Positions 32,489 to 43,271 of a DNA stretch of 64,000 nt are shown piece by piece. The DNA lies in assembly GCA_965208675.1 (NCBI GenBank), contig OZ242351.1, forward strand, positions 704,001 through 768,000. The letters are read 5' to 3'. The position numbers and the translations under genes were made by a program. Each line of letters opens with the position of its first letter. Position 1 is the first letter of the stretch. Source of the DNA: Candidatus Poribacteria bacterium. Its GTDB lineage: Bacteria > Poribacteria > WGA-4E > PCPOR2b. Below the pieces are notes generated by a model. It saw only the letters and a program-made list of their open reading frames with translations. It did no database searches and had not been told where the DNA came from.

Positions 32489-33346
32489 ATGTTCAAGAAT
32501 TTAGCTCCGGGTGGCATCGGCATCCAGGCGAATATACACGAATCATTAGAGTTGGCGAAGTCCACGGGATTTGGTGGGACGGATCTCAACATCGTCGAAG
32601 CAAGCACGTTAGCTGAGACGCACTCAATCCAGTATGTCAAAGACCTTTGGTCGGAGGCTGGGTTGCAGATGGGCGCATGGGGACTAGAAATCGACTGGCG
32701 CGCGAGCGGCGCAGCATATTACGAAAGCCTATCGCGTTTCGCCAAATTTGCGCAACTCGCGGCTGACCTCGGCTGTTTTCGCTGCACCAGTGCTCTACCG
32801 GGGTGGTCGGATGAACTCACATTTACCGAGAACTGGGATTTCCACGTTAAACGCCTTCGTCCTGCCGCGGAGATCCTAAAAGATTTCGGTCATGCGCTCG
32901 GTTTAGAGTATATTGCGCCCAGTACAAGCCGCGCATCGTCTAAGTACGGGTTCGTCCATAGCATGGACGGTATGTTGGCGCTCGGCGCGGGGATAGGCAC
33001 GGGCAACGTTCGCTTACTGCTGGATGCATGGCACTGGTATGTTGCGCACGAAACTATTGCGGATTTAAAGAAACTAAACGTGGACGATATAGTGTCCGTC
33101 CACATTTGCGATGCCCCGGCGGGCGTTGATGTGGATGATCAGGTCGATGGCGTGCGCGCAATGCCAGCCGAAACGGGGGTTGTGCCGCTGGGTGAATTCA
33201 TCCGAATTGTCAGCGACCTCGGTTACGACGGTCCGGTTGCGGCTGAACCCCTGAGGAAACCGGCAGATCACATGTCGCCGATGGAAGCCGCACATGCCAC
33301 ATCCGAATCATTGGATACGGTTTGGAGGCAAGCCGGTATATCGTAA
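32489..33346 (+). CDS. Sugar phosphate isomerase/epimerase (TIM barrel)
   Basis: GLEY, LLLDAWHW, VHICDA, GYDGPVAAE; ATG 32489 after GGAGG. Confidence 0.88.
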   Translation: MFKNLAPGGIGIQANIHESLELAKSTGFGGTDLNIVEASTLAETHSIQYVKDLWSEAGLQMGAWGLEIDWRASGAAYYESLSRFAKFAQLAADLGCFRCTSALPGWSDELTFTENWDFHVKRLRPAAEILKDFGHALGLEYIAPSTSRASSKYGFVHSMDGMLALGAGIGTGNVRLLLDAWHWYVAHETIADLKKLNVDDIVSVHICDAPAGVDVDDQVDGVRAMPAETGVVPLGEFIRIVSDLGYDGPVAAEPLRKPADHMSPMEAAHATSESLDTVWRQAGIS

Positions 33347-33476
33347 GTATGCGCACGGCGGTTCATCGGAGTTTTCAAAATTACCTCGCACAATAGAGGC
33401 GTTGAGTGCTCTAATCACACCGTATACACGAAACGCAGAAGACTTTTCGCTTAACTATCTGAAAGGATTTGGATCA

Positions 33477-33890
33477 ATGCCGGTTTTTAAGACTGCGGCT
33501 GAACTCTACACCTGTTTTGGCGGCTTGTTGGAGCAGATGGAATCTCAGACAGAAGCAGAGAAGGGGCTTAAGTCGCTGGATTTAACTATCAGGTTTTCGT
33601 TCACAGAACCGGCAGCATCCATGTCACTGATTTTGAATCACGGCGAGAAATCCATCTTTTATGGCGAATGTGAGCAAAACCCTGATTTAGAACTTGCTAT
33701 GACAGGGGATGTAGCCCATCGGTTCTGGATGGGTGAAATCAACGTGATGGAGGCGATTACAAAGCGGCAGATTGTGTTCGTCGGCTCGTTGTCAAAGATG
33801 CTAAATCTTGCGCCCCTGATTAAGGCGGCAATCAAGGTTTACCCACGGTATTTTCAAGAATACCGCACACAGTGTTTGGCGGAGTCTTAA
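33477..33890 (+). CDS. SCP2 sterol-binding-like domain protein
   Basis: PDLELAMTGDVAHRFWMGEINVMEAI...GSL; start moved to ATG 33477. Confidence 0.75.
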   Translation: MPVFKTAAELYTCFGGLLEQMESQTEAEKGLKSLDLTIRFSFTEPAASMSLILNHGEKSIFYGECEQNPDLELAMTGDVAHRFWMGEINVMEAITKRQIVFVGSLSKMLNLAPLIKAAIKVYPRYFQEYRTQCLAES

Positions 33891-34047
33891 GTCCAGAATG
33901 CTGCCATTGCATCAAGCACTGTGAAACCTGCGCCAAGTCTACTCGTTTCTATCCTTAGTATACTTTAACAGAGGCACGTCGGCGAAATACTCATCACATT
34001 TCTAAATTGCTATGTGACTCTGAAACCGACTCCCAGATTGGACGAAA

Positions 34048-34791
34048 ATGAAATTTGCCGCCCAAACAGACCGAGGAATCCGCCGCGCACGCAACGAGGA
34101 TTGTTACTATGTCAATCCCAAAAACAATCTGTTCGTGATTGCAGATGGGATGGGCGGCCACAGCGCAGGCGGAATTGCTAGTCAGATGGCTGTAGCAGTA
34201 TTTCAGAATTGGGTGGAAGAACTAAGTTGCGAATCTACATTCAGCCAATCCACGGCCCCATCTGAAAAAATCAGTATACTGACGGAACTTACCATGGAAT
34301 CGAACCGCCGTATTTACGCTCAATCGCAGCAACACGGTATCCCGGACGGTATGGGCACTACACTGACAAACGGTTTCCTAAATGGCGCGCACCTCTGCTA
34401 CGTTCACGTTGGTGATAGCCGGCTCTATATATTGAGGGATGGCGCGTTGACGCAGGTTACGAAAGATCATTCTCTCGTTCAAGAGATGGTAGATGCGGGC
34501 AAAATATCGCCTGAAACAGCACGTGTGCACCCACAGCGAAACATTATCCGTAACGCAGTTGGCTTGGAACCGACGCTAAAAATTGATTCCGGTTGTTATC
34601 CGCTCGAACAGGGCGATCTCGTTCTTGCATGCACCGATGGGCTGCACGACATGATTGTTGACGATGCTGAAATAGCAAGACTCATCGCCGCCGCACCAAA
34701 CCTCGATGCCGCCTGCCATAACCTAATTGACGCCTCGCTTGACTACGGCGGCGAGGATAACGTCACGCTGATTCTCGCTACGCCAGATTGA
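34048..34791 (+). CDS. PP2C-family Ser/Thr phosphatase
   Basis: RARNED, IADGMGGH, GMGTT, HVGDSR, CTDGL, GGEDN. Confidence 0.95.
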   Translation: MKFAAQTDRGIRRARNEDCYYVNPKNNLFVIADGMGGHSAGGIASQMAVAVFQNWVEELSCESTFSQSTAPSEKISILTELTMESNRRIYAQSQQHGIPDGMGTTLTNGFLNGAHLCYVHVGDSRLYILRDGALTQVTKDHSLVQEMVDAGKISPETARVHPQRNIIRNAVGLEPTLKIDSGCYPLEQGDLVLACTDGLHDMIVDDAEIARLIAAAPNLDAACHNLIDASLDYGGEDNVTLILATPD

Positions 34792-34915
34792 GTTCAGCGG
34801 TAGAAAGGCGAGGCTTTATAGCGACTCCGGCTTAGTAGCCCCCATTTGCATCTGGCAACGGCTGCCCGCTAAACGCCGATTTCACCGGGGTATTATTACA
34901 CCGTTTGACACACAA

Positions 34916-35335
34916 CTAGGGTGTAGCGCCGCGCCATTCATCTTCGGCACAAGTGATGTCGATTACATTTCCATCTGGATCAGCAACCTTAAAAGATCGC
35001 ACTGGCGGTGCTTCCATGTCAATTTCATCCCGAATTTTGACATCATCACGCAACAGCCGTGCGCCTGTCTCCCGAAGAGTTTTGTAAGTACACTCTAAAT
35101 CAACCACAATTAACCCAAAGTGTGCAAATTCTGTTCCCTCCTCTAGCGGCTGACGTTTTTCTCCGTCATACTGTATGATTGTCATGTTGAGTGTACCGTC
35201 GGTGAGGTCAATTCCCTTGCCGCTTGGACGATGGCCGATATATTTCAATCCGAGAATCTCATAAAACCGTCTTGACGCTTCCATATCGCCCGCTCGGATT
35301 GCAATATGCCTCAATGAAGCCATTAGCAAGTCCAC
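34916..35335 (-). CDS. VOC/glyoxalase family protein
   Basis: LRHIAI, HFG, DPDGNVID. Confidence 0.85.
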   Translation of the reverse strand: MDLLMASLRHIAIRAGDMEASRRFYEILGLKYIGHRPSGKGIDLTDGTLNMTIIQYDGEKRQPLEEGTEFAHFGLIVVDLECTYKTLRETGARLLRDDVKIRDEIDMEAPPVRSFKVADPDGNVIDITCAEDEWRGATP

Positions 35336-35385
35336 TCACTACCTATTTTTCGAGTCGGAAGGCGGTAGGCTTTAACACCGTCAGC

Positions 35386-37107
35386 TCATATTAACGACGA
35401 CTTTAATTCTTCAAAGTAGTCAGATGCAAGCCTGTTTTCTGCGGCATGGGTCATCTCGTAGCGCTGACACAACTTGATGTACCGTTCGATGAGTTGTGTG
35501 CGCTCCGCAGGCGGGATTTCATCACCAGTGACAATCATCGCCCTATACGCACAAATGGAAGCCTTCTCCACCCGTGCCCGAACTACATCATCATCCGCCA
35601 TGGCGAGTGCCCGTTCAAAGTATTCAAATATTTCTCGTGCGAACTCGGCATCCAACCCAACCTCGTGCGGTAATGGAAAGCAACCCGGATGGAGTCCGCG
35701 GGCATCGGCATTATCGTGGAGCCGATTAATATAGTCCAAAATGGGTTGTGCTGCGCCTCCGTAGTGCAACCTAACAAATTCGCCGCAGAGCGCTTCGTCA
35801 TCAAGCTCAGGGTCCCAAATCAGGCGGGCGATGATGTAGTTCCGCAGGTCGCATAGCTCGCCGGTCGTGCTGCTGCCGTTCGCCTGCATGAACACACCTT
35901 TGGCGTTATTGCGCAAAAAGTAACGGACATTGGGACTAATAACGCGCAGGTTCGGAAAGGGCAAATCATAGGCGTGGAAATTCGTGTTGTAGTTCCAAAT
36001 CCAGATGTCATTGCAGATCTTCCCCCACTCGTCCGCATCCCGGCAGAAAGCACGATTCTTTTCGCATTTTGAATCGTCGATTGGGTGCAACGTGCAACAT
36101 TCGATGCTGCACAATTGGATTTGGACATTGTGCCTCGGGCGGATGGTTATCGGGGCTTTCCGTGTGTACCAATACGCGAGCGTCCCAATTTTCACGTCTG
36201 GATGAGCCTTCTCGACTCTTTCAGCTACAGCATTAACAAATGTAAGCTGAGCACCCATTGGTGTGTCTTCACGCCCGTTGATTTCTTCACATGCATTACA
36301 ACGGCAGTATGCGTTGGTATCAGCTTGACTAACACTGATATTTCGCGCTAAGGGTTTGTCGTTCAGCCTTTTTATCGCGGCTGCTGCCGCGGTTTCAACA
36401 ACCCCCGGATTAGTGACACACAATTGCGGCCCTCCGCCACGCGTGCGAGTATCGCGTTCACCGTCCACTAACGCATAAAATTCTGGATTGGATTTCCCGT
36501 ATTCGTTGTATGGCACCAGCAGGTGGACCGAGTGGTTGATAAGCGATTGCCCCGTGTTTCCGCCAAGCCGGTCCTCGCCTGTGACGGTGTTTACCCGAAG
36601 CTTGGCGGCAAATTCAGGATGCTCCGCGTTCTCCCGGTAGAAACTCCACCGAAACGAAAATGGAGGGGTGTAGGTACGAGTGCCGCACGGAATCTTTAGC
36701 GCAGCTACATCAGGAACGTGTGTATGATCGTATGTAAGAAAACGCACGCCCAGGTAATCTTCGAGAAATTGGTATACGCCGTAAAGCGTACCGCGCGGAC
36801 GACCGCCGGCGACTACCAGACGATTCGTTTCGATGCTAATTCGCAGTTCTTCCTCCTGCATTGCAGAGGGGTTTAGATTCGCTGCGTCTGCGCCAATAAT
36901 GACATGACACGACGTCCCTTCAGCCGCTGAACGCAGCGGCAGTTGGACTCCGGTGCTTCGACTAAACCACCGCTGAAATTCTTCCGCCGCATATTTTTCG
37001 GAAGGGATTGCCTCATCAGCGATCACAATATCCCATGTGTGCATTTGGGAGCAATCTAGGTAATCCCCGCAGTCTACAGCTTTCGAGGTTGGCATTTTTC
37101 TCGCCAT
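35386..37107 (-). CDS. DUF4838 domain protein (putative glycoside hydrolase-like)
   Basis: RGTLYGVYQFLE, QLCVTNP, CRCNAC, TLAYW, ARLIWDP. Confidence 0.8.
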   Translation of the reverse strand: MARKMPTSKAVDCGDYLDCSQMHTWDIVIADEAIPSEKYAAEEFQRWFSRSTGVQLPLRSAAEGTSCHVIIGADAANLNPSAMQEEELRISIETNRLVVAGGRPRGTLYGVYQFLEDYLGVRFLTYDHTHVPDVAALKIPCGTRTYTPPFSFRWSFYRENAEHPEFAAKLRVNTVTGEDRLGGNTGQSLINHSVHLLVPYNEYGKSNPEFYALVDGERDTRTRGGGPQLCVTNPGVVETAAAAAIKRLNDKPLARNISVSQADTNAYCRCNACEEINGREDTPMGAQLTFVNAVAERVEKAHPDVKIGTLAYWYTRKAPITIRPRHNVQIQLCSIECCTLHPIDDSKCEKNRAFCRDADEWGKICNDIWIWNYNTNFHAYDLPFPNLRVISPNVRYFLRNNAKGVFMQANGSSTTGELCDLRNYIIARLIWDPELDDEALCGEFVRLHYGGAAQPILDYINRLHDNADARGLHPGCFPLPHEVGLDAEFAREIFEYFERALAMADDDVVRARVEKASICAYRAMIVTGDEIPPAERTQLIERYIKLCQRYEMTHAAENRLASDYFEELKSSLI

Positions 37108-37217
37108 TCTTGCAAGTGTTGCACATCGACCACCTGAAATTATCTGAGCACATACGTGCAGTGAACGTCACATCTGGTGTTACCGAGTATGGAAGTTCTC
37201 TCGATTACAACGTCACC

Positions 37218-37622
37218 TCATTCGGTGGGGCAACTGTCGGATTCACATTTTGTGCGGCCCAAACGAGAGCGGTTTTTTGAGATAATCAAGTATATGCCTT
37301 TTAGCAGCGTTCTAATTACGGGCACAAGGTAGATCCATGTGATATAGCGAAACTTGCCAATTCGCCGGTAAATCTGATATAAAGCGTCTGCTCCGCAATG
37401 AACCTTTCCGGCATGGTCAATTAACCGCATCCCCGCCTTTGACTCAATCTCGAGGAGCTGTGGATAAAGCGCATGGAGATCTTGCGTCTGCTTTGGGGTA
37501 TAGAGAAACTGATCGGCGTTATCTCTATCGCGAATACGGCGAATTCCGCTATCACAAAAATTACACTCAGCATCGTAGATAATCACAGGTCTGGCCGGTT
37601 CGGTTACATTGTTCGTATTCAT
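37218..37622 (-). CDS. DCC1-like thiol-disulfide oxidoreductase (DUF393)
   Basis: YDAECNFC, GADA, Y..IS.NR. Confidence 0.85.
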   Translation of the reverse strand: MNTNNVTEPARPVIIYDAECNFCDSGIRRIRDRDNADQFLYTPKQTQDLHALYPQLLEIESKAGMRLIDHAGKVHCGADALYQIYRRIGKFRYITWIYLVPVIRTLLKGIYLIISKNRSRLGRTKCESDSCPTE

Positions 37623-37651
37623 GCGAAAATTCTCCTTCTATGTTTCGCTCC

Positions 37652-39418
37652 TTACATCTCCTCAAGGGCTTTAATTCCCAATAGTGCCAGTGAATTTCTG
37701 ATGACGACCGCCGAAGCGCTTACTAACGCCAGTCGGGCTGCCGCCAACGTCGCAGGTTCCGCCGCAAGCACAGGATGCCGGTGATAAAATTGATTCACGG
37801 CCTGCGCGGTGGCGAACACATGATTGCAGATGCGAGCCAGAGTGAACTCGCCCGCGGCTTCTGCTACGACGTCCGGAAACTGAATTAACCCGCGAAGGAG
37901 TTCCAACTCTTCGGTGTTTCCGAGAAGAGAGTAATCCGGTTCAATAGACGCGAGACCGCGATTTTCTGACTTTCGCAGAATGCTGGCACAGCGAGCGTAG
38001 GCGTATTGACAATAGGGGCCCGTAAATCCGTCAAAGGAGATTGATTCCTTCGGCTCAAAGTTGATATCAAGTTCAGGGCGCGTGCGTAAAAGGTAGAATT
38101 TAATAGCAGCAAGGCCAATGGCATGCGCACGCTTTTGGATTTCTTCATGAGACAGTGTGTTTTCGGTATCACGCCGCCGAATCTCATCTTCGGCGAGTTG
38201 CCGCATTTCTTCAATCAAGTCGTCGGCATCAACCACCGTGCCTTCCCGTGATTTCATCTTGCCTTCCGGAAGATTGACCATACCGTAGGATAGATGGTGG
38301 CATCCGTCCGCCCATTCAAAACGGAGCATATTGAGCATCTTGAAAAGACATTGGAAGTGGTAATTTTGCTCTTTCGCAACGACGTAGATTGAGCGGTGCG
38401 GCTGATGGTCGTCGAACTTTAGCTTCGCTGTCCCCAAGTCCTGCGTGATGTAGACGCTTGTGCCGTCGTCACGGAGCAGCGTTACGACCTTCTGGCTCCC
38501 ATCCTTCTCGCCGCCAAACTCATCAATAGGAAGTGGGGCTATGACTGCACCGTTTGCAGCTTCGTTGAACACGCCCTCGTCCAATCCTACCTGAACGAGG
38601 TCTTTGCCAAGCGTGTAGGTGTTGGATTCGTAGTAGAATACGTCGAACACGAAGCCTAGCTTTCGATAGGTCTCCTCGTAACCGAAATACACCCACTGGT
38701 TCATCATCTCCCACAGCTTAATTGTCGCGGGGTCGCCTGATTCCCATTTACGGAGCATCGCCTGCACATCTTCTTGTAGCTGTGGATTTTTTTTGGCTTC
38801 CTGATCGTATCGGACGTACCAATTACCGACGAAGTGATCACCCTTCGTATCTGCAGATTCCGGCGTGTCTCCGTTCGCCCACTTACTCCACGCCAGCATG
38901 GATTTGCAGATATGCACCCCTCTATCGTTCACAAGGTTTGCTTTAATAACCGTGTGGCCTGCGGCTTCAAGCAGGTTGGAAACGCCCATACCGAGGACAC
39001 CGTTTCGAATGTGACCTAAATGCAGCGGTTTGTTGGTGTTAGGCGACAGGTACTCGACCATTACCCGACGACCGTTTCCCAAGTTGTTGTTGCCGAAGGC
39101 TTTTTTCCTTCGGATTTCAGTACACACGTCCCCAAACAGTAGGCTGTTGTGAAGTTTAAAATTCACATACGGCCCAACGGCAGTTACCGTTTTAAGTGAC
39201 TCATTGGGTTGAATCTCCGACGCAATGGTTTTGGCAATGTTTGCAGGATTCTGCCGAAACTGCTTAGCCAAGGGGAAACACTCGACCGCAAAATCTCCGA
39301 ATTCGACTTTCGGGGGATAATTTAGATTGAGATTCTGGGGACGCTGACCAAACACGGTTTTACAAGCGGCTTCTATCGCCGATAGAATCTCTGTTTTAAT
39401 GTTGGCGATCGACATCAT
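37652..39418 (-). CDS. argS: Arginine-tRNA ligase
   Basis: SPNTNKPLHLGH, KMKSREG, YCQYAYAR, ends LGIKALEEM. Confidence 0.97.
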   Translation of the reverse strand: MMSIANIKTEILSAIEAACKTVFGQRPQNLNLNYPPKVEFGDFAVECFPLAKQFRQNPANIAKTIASEIQPNESLKTVTAVGPYVNFKLHNSLLFGDVCTEIRRKKAFGNNNLGNGRRVMVEYLSPNTNKPLHLGHIRNGVLGMGVSNLLEAAGHTVIKANLVNDRGVHICKSMLAWSKWANGDTPESADTKGDHFVGNWYVRYDQEAKKNPQLQEDVQAMLRKWESGDPATIKLWEMMNQWVYFGYEETYRKLGFVFDVFYYESNTYTLGKDLVQVGLDEGVFNEAANGAVIAPLPIDEFGGEKDGSQKVVTLLRDDGTSVYITQDLGTAKLKFDDHQPHRSIYVVAKEQNYHFQCLFKMLNMLRFEWADGCHHLSYGMVNLPEGKMKSREGTVVDADDLIEEMRQLAEDEIRRRDTENTLSHEEIQKRAHAIGLAAIKFYLLRTRPELDINFEPKESISFDGFTGPYCQYAYARCASILRKSENRGLASIEPDYSLLGNTEELELLRGLIQFPDVVAEAAGEFTLARICNHVFATAQAVNQFYHRHPVLAAEPATLAAARLALVSASAVVIRNSLALLGIKALEEM

Positions 39419-39918
39419 CCCTCACTTTCGCTTGTTGAATCAGTAGAAACAAGGTTTACGTCCTCGCCAAAATCGATATCGTCGTCGCCAAACGCATCAA
39501 AATCTTCATCGAATTCATCATATTCAACTTCGACCTCTACATCGGGTACTTCAATTGTAGGGGCTTCATGCCAGAGTCGTTCAAGATTGTAATACTCACG
39601 TTTTTCATCCAAAAAGATGTGCACAATAAAATCGACATAGTCCAACAAAATCCAATCTGACTTACGTTCGCCTTCTCGATGCCAAGGGCGCGCGTCCCAA
39701 TTGTCCTTCAACTTCTCCAATACTGCTTCAGAAATTCCTTCCACTTGAATATCTGAGATGCCGCTGCATATCACGAAAAAATCTGTAAAGCCCGCCATGG
39801 CTCGCAAATCGAGAATCGAGGTGTTGTGCGCCTTTCGGCTCAACGCAGCAGCTGCGGCAGCTTTCGCCATGTCCAGTGTATTTTCTTCCACGTTGGCTCC
39901 TTTTCGAAATGTTACCAT
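39415..39918 (-). CDS. rsfS: Ribosome silencing factor with acidic tail
   Basis: TDFFVICSG, WILLDY, HIF...REYYNLERLW. Confidence 0.92.
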   Translation of the reverse strand: MVTFRKGANVEENTLDMAKAAAAAALSRKAHNTSILDLRAMAGFTDFFVICSGISDIQVEGISEAVLEKLKDNWDARPWHREGERKSDWILLDYVDFIVHIFLDEKREYYNLERLWHEAPTIEVPDVEVEVEYDEFDEDFDAFGDDDIDFGEDVNLVSTDSTSESEG

Positions 39919-39943
39919 TAACAGTTTGCCGGATTCCTAGTTA

Positions 39944-40561
39944 TTATCCGGTGCTGCAGGTTTTTTGTAATGCGGCGTTGTAGGCGTCAATTGTGTTCGG
40001 GTGGATGGCCTTTCCTTTAGTGAGCAGCCGCTCAATTTTGTAACGGCTGACTTCCAATACCGCTCGGTTCAAATCTTGATACGCCAACTTACGGACGATA
40101 TCCGCCTCTCTATAGGTGCGCTGCGGTTCAGCAAAATCGGCGACGTACAAAATCCTGTCGATAAGCGTCATTGCGCCACTGCCGGTAGTGTGCAGGCGAA
40201 TGGCGCTGAGAATTTCAGGATGGTCGATGCCAAAACGCTTAACGGCCAGCTCGGCACCGATGCGCGCATGCAAAATGGATGGGTGGGCACGCTCAATGAC
40301 ATCAAGATGAAGTCCGAAATGGGCTGCGGATTTGAACAATTCCTCGGCACTCATCCATTTTGCGCAATCGTGCAGCAGCGCGGCAAAATTCAACTTCTGT
40401 GTATCGGCAGAATATCTTCTCGCCAAATCGACTGCCGTGTCGCGTACAGAAAGGACGTGCGCATAACGTCTTGGCTGGAGTTTCTCTTTGAGGTAACGCT
40501 GAATTTCAACTGTCTTAGGGTGTTCCAGCCAATCTCCTTCCGCACTGACATCATTATTCAT
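39944..40561 (-). CDS. yqeK: HD-domain Ap4A hydrolase
   Basis: RYAH, LLHDCAK, HTTG, YVADFAEP; context nadD-rsfS. Confidence 0.9.
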   Translation of the reverse strand: MNNDVSAEGDWLEHPKTVEIQRYLKEKLQPRRYAHVLSVRDTAVDLARRYSADTQKLNFAALLHDCAKWMSAEELFKSAAHFGLHLDVIERAHPSILHARIGAELAVKRFGIDHPEILSAIRLHTTGSGAMTLIDRILYVADFAEPQRTYREADIVRKLAYQDLNRAVLEVSRYKIERLLTKGKAIHPNTIDAYNAALQKTCSTG

Positions 40562-40805
40562 CGTTACTGTTAATGTCGTCTACTCTTCCCGCCTTTGACA
40601 GGAATTGCGAGAACGCCTCCCGCTCTTCATTCGTCATAGCTTGTACACTGGGCAATGGTGTGCTAATTCTGTACTCCTCGTTGAACCATTTGCCTAAGTC
40701 AATCGATTTACAACGAGAACTACAGAATGGAAAGTGGGGCGGTAACTCTTTACCTTTATCATCAAATTCGTAGGATTCGCCACAGATACTGCATCGGAGG
40801 GTCAA
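40554..40805 (-). CDS. yacG: DNA gyrase inhibitor YacG
   Basis: CSIC...PFCSSRCKSIDLGKWFNEEYRI. Confidence 0.9.
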   Translation of the reverse strand: MTLRCSICGESYEFDDKGKELPPHFPFCSSRCKSIDLGKWFNEEYRISTPLPSVQAMTNEEREAFSQFLSKAGRVDDINSNDE

Positions 40806-40815
40806 TCTGCATCAC

Positions 40816-41397
40816 CTATCTGTAAAGTTCATGTTGAAAAATATAGTCTTCTACAGTATGGGGCACTAGGTATCGGATAGAACGTCTTTCCCGGACACGC
40901 TCACGAATTTCGGACGCTGAAATATTGAGACCAGTAATTGAGTAAACCTGGACGCGGTTGTGAATGTTAGGAAGCGCTTCCTCAATACAGTAGTTAGGCC
41001 GCGTGGTTGCGATGAAATGGCAGGTCTCGAGCAACTCATCAAAATCCTTCCAGATTGTGAATTCAATCAGCGAGTCCGCGCCAATAATCCACGCTAGTTG
41101 GCACGCGTCCCCGTAAAATGATTGTAACTCCTTTATGGTCTGAATTGCGTAGGATGCGCCGTTGCGATCCAATTCAATCCGTGAGACCTCAAAATCAGGA
41201 TTGTCCTTTATCGCCAACCGGGTCATCTGATAGCGATGCTCAGGATCGATGATGTCCCAAGGTTCTTTGTGAGGTGGACGCGCAGATGGGATAAAGAGAA
41301 CCTTGTCGTAACCTAATCCATCGCGCACCTGCTCTGCGCTCAGCAGGTGCGCGTTATGAATGGGGTTAAAGGTGCCTCCCAAAATAGCAATTTTCAT
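40816..41397 (-). CDS. nadD: Nicotinate-nucleotide adenylyltransferase
   Basis: GGTFNPIHNAH, PPHK, IIGADS, ISASEIR. Confidence 0.95.
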   Translation of the reverse strand: MKIAILGGTFNPIHNAHLLSAEQVRDGLGYDKVLFIPSARPPHKEPWDIIDPEHRYQMTRLAIKDNPDFEVSRIELDRNGASYAIQTIKELQSFYGDACQLAWIIGADSLIEFTIWKDFDELLETCHFIATTRPNYCIEEALPNIHNRVQVYSITGLNISASEIRERVRERRSIRYLVPHTVEDYIFQHELYR

Positions 41398-41479
41398 GAT
41401 GGCAGTTGCGATTTAATCGGGTACAGTACGGTTTACACCAATACTGAAGGTTCTTTAATAATGTCATTTTCCCAATTGA

Positions 41480-41508
41480 ATTATACTTACTGTGTGAACA
41501 CATGTCAA
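41480..41508 (-). promoter_or_regulatory. sigma70 promoter for the nadD operon
   Basis: Minus strand TTGACA-17-TATAAT. Confidence 0.8.
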
Positions 41509-41604
41509 TAAGAAACCTAACCCTGCGCTGCCGCATAGCGTGATTGTAAGGGTAGCGGGTTGATTGACTGATGGCTTTTCTTACGCTGTTCCCGTGTTCC
41601 AATC

Positions 41605-42561
41605 TCACACCGGACCACGCTTCTGATTTTCCCGCCTTTTTACACTAGCTGGAAATTGATTGACAAGATAGATGCCAAGCACAACCAGAGGTGTCCCAAT
41701 GCCGAGTCCGGGGGTAAATGGCTCCTTAAGGAGTACGTAACTGAGTGCGATTCCCCAGAGTGGCGTTGTAAAAAACAGGACGGCGACCCGGCTGGGAGGG
41801 TAGTATTTCAGCACCAGTGTCCACGCAACAAGACAGAAACCCGCAACCACCGCACCCTGATACAAAACGGCGAACAATGCGGGATTAGAAAATCCATAGC
41901 CGACTTTCCCTTCAAAAATCGCACTTAATATGAAAAAAAACGGTATACCAACCGCCATCTGGGAGGTAAGTAATCGATACGGGTGAATCGACTGAACCAG
42001 CCGATTAGTCAGCGTAATTAGTAGACCAAGCTGGAGTCCGCTTAGAAGCGTTAGCAAATCGCCAGCGAGATGCCCGCTCGTGTCACCGATTAGGTTGTCA
42101 CGAAAGACAATCAGAATACCGCTAAATGCGACGATTAATCCCACGGTTTTCCATCGTCCCAACCTATCTCCCGGAACGATGAAATGTGAGACGATGGCGA
42201 CAAAGAATGGATGCGTGTTGACGAAGACCACCGACCGCCCCGCATGTGTGAGGTTCGTACCCCAGTTTAAGCAGGTTGTTTGCCCCGTAAATAGGAGTCC
42301 GAACAGGAGCAACCGCAAGAGTTCGTCCGCCTTCGGTTTCAGCGACTCTCCTTGTGAGGTTGCCCATAACGCGATAACGAACAACCCAATCGAATACCTT
42401 AATCCTGCCAGAGCGAACGGCGCGAATTGTTGAAGTCCAACCTTAATCGAAACGGAAATGCCGCCCCAAAGCAGCGCCAAAAATAGCACGAACAACACTA
42501 TCTTTATCGGAACATCGACTTCACCGGTTTTTTGATTCGATTTTGGCCGCATCCATCTCAC
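41605..42561 (-). CDS. EamA/DMT family transporter
   Basis: About ten TM helices, LLWG, duplicated halves. Confidence 0.9.
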   Translation of the reverse strand: MRWMRPKSNQKTGEVDVPIKIVLFVLFLALLWGGISVSIKVGLQQFAPFALAGLRYSIGLFVIALWATSQGESLKPKADELLRLLLFGLLFTGQTTCLNWGTNLTHAGRSVVFVNTHPFFVAIVSHFIVPGDRLGRWKTVGLIVAFSGILIVFRDNLIGDTSGHLAGDLLTLLSGLQLGLLITLTNRLVQSIHPYRLLTSQMAVGIPFFFILSAIFEGKVGYGFSNPALFAVLYQGAVVAGFCLVAWTLVLKYYPPSRVAVLFFTTPLWGIALSYVLLKEPFTPGLGIGTPLVVLGIYLVNQFPASVKRRENQKRGPV

Positions 42562-42678
42562 TATTTACAATGTGCTCCTTACCTTGATTCTGTTAATTGC
42601 AAGCTCAGTCAGTGTCAGTGGATTGTCCACCTACCAAACAAATTACTTGGTTGATTCTTCTGTCTCACGCAAATTGCT

Positions 42679-43209
42679 TCACGATGAACAATCGATCTTC
42701 GATTCTTGGTCGATTTCAAAATGTATTTCTGAAAGGTTGGGAAGCAACAATATGTAGGCGTCTTCACCGTCATCCGGATAATATTTCCGGCGAAAGTCGG
42801 CAATCTCAAAGCCGAATTGACGATAAAGGTTTAGCGCCGGCAGATTGCTGGTACGCACCTCCAAGAAGACTGCTCTTCCGCCCTGTTCCCTAATGTCCTC
42901 TAGGGATCGCGCGAGTAGGTATTTGCCAACATTTTGGCGGCGGCAAGTCGGCGCCACTGCAAAGTTTGTGATATGAACGTAATCCTCAACCATTAAAAAG
43001 TTAATGAATGCAATCGGCGTGCCTTTAGCGCGAGCGACGAGAAAATGGCAGTGTGGATTCGTCCGGTTTGCGCCCTGCTTAAAGGCAATCTCTGGCCAAG
43101 GGAAAGCAAATGATTGACGTTCAATCTCTAACACAGTCGGGAGATCGCTTTGCTGCAAATGGTTAATCTGAATGTCGATTGGAGGAAGTTTTACGTTGAC
43201 AATTTTCAA
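42679..43209 (-). CDS. rimI: Ribosomal protein alanine N-acetyltransferase
   Basis: IERQSFAFPW, HITNFAV, LEVRTSN, RRKYY, EDA. Confidence 0.9.
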   Translation of the reverse strand: MKIVNVKLPPIDIQINHLQQSDLPTVLEIERQSFAFPWPEIAFKQGANRTNPHCHFLVARAKGTPIAFINFLMVEDYVHITNFAVAPTCRRQNVGKYLLARSLEDIREQGGRAVFLEVRTSNLPALNLYRQFGFEIADFRRKYYPDDGEDAYILLLPNLSEIHFEIDQESKIDCSS

Positions 43210-43271
43210 CTTGCGGTTCTAACCTATTTCAGTCTTGATTCGCCTCGCCGAACGTTCAATCTCACTGCTTC

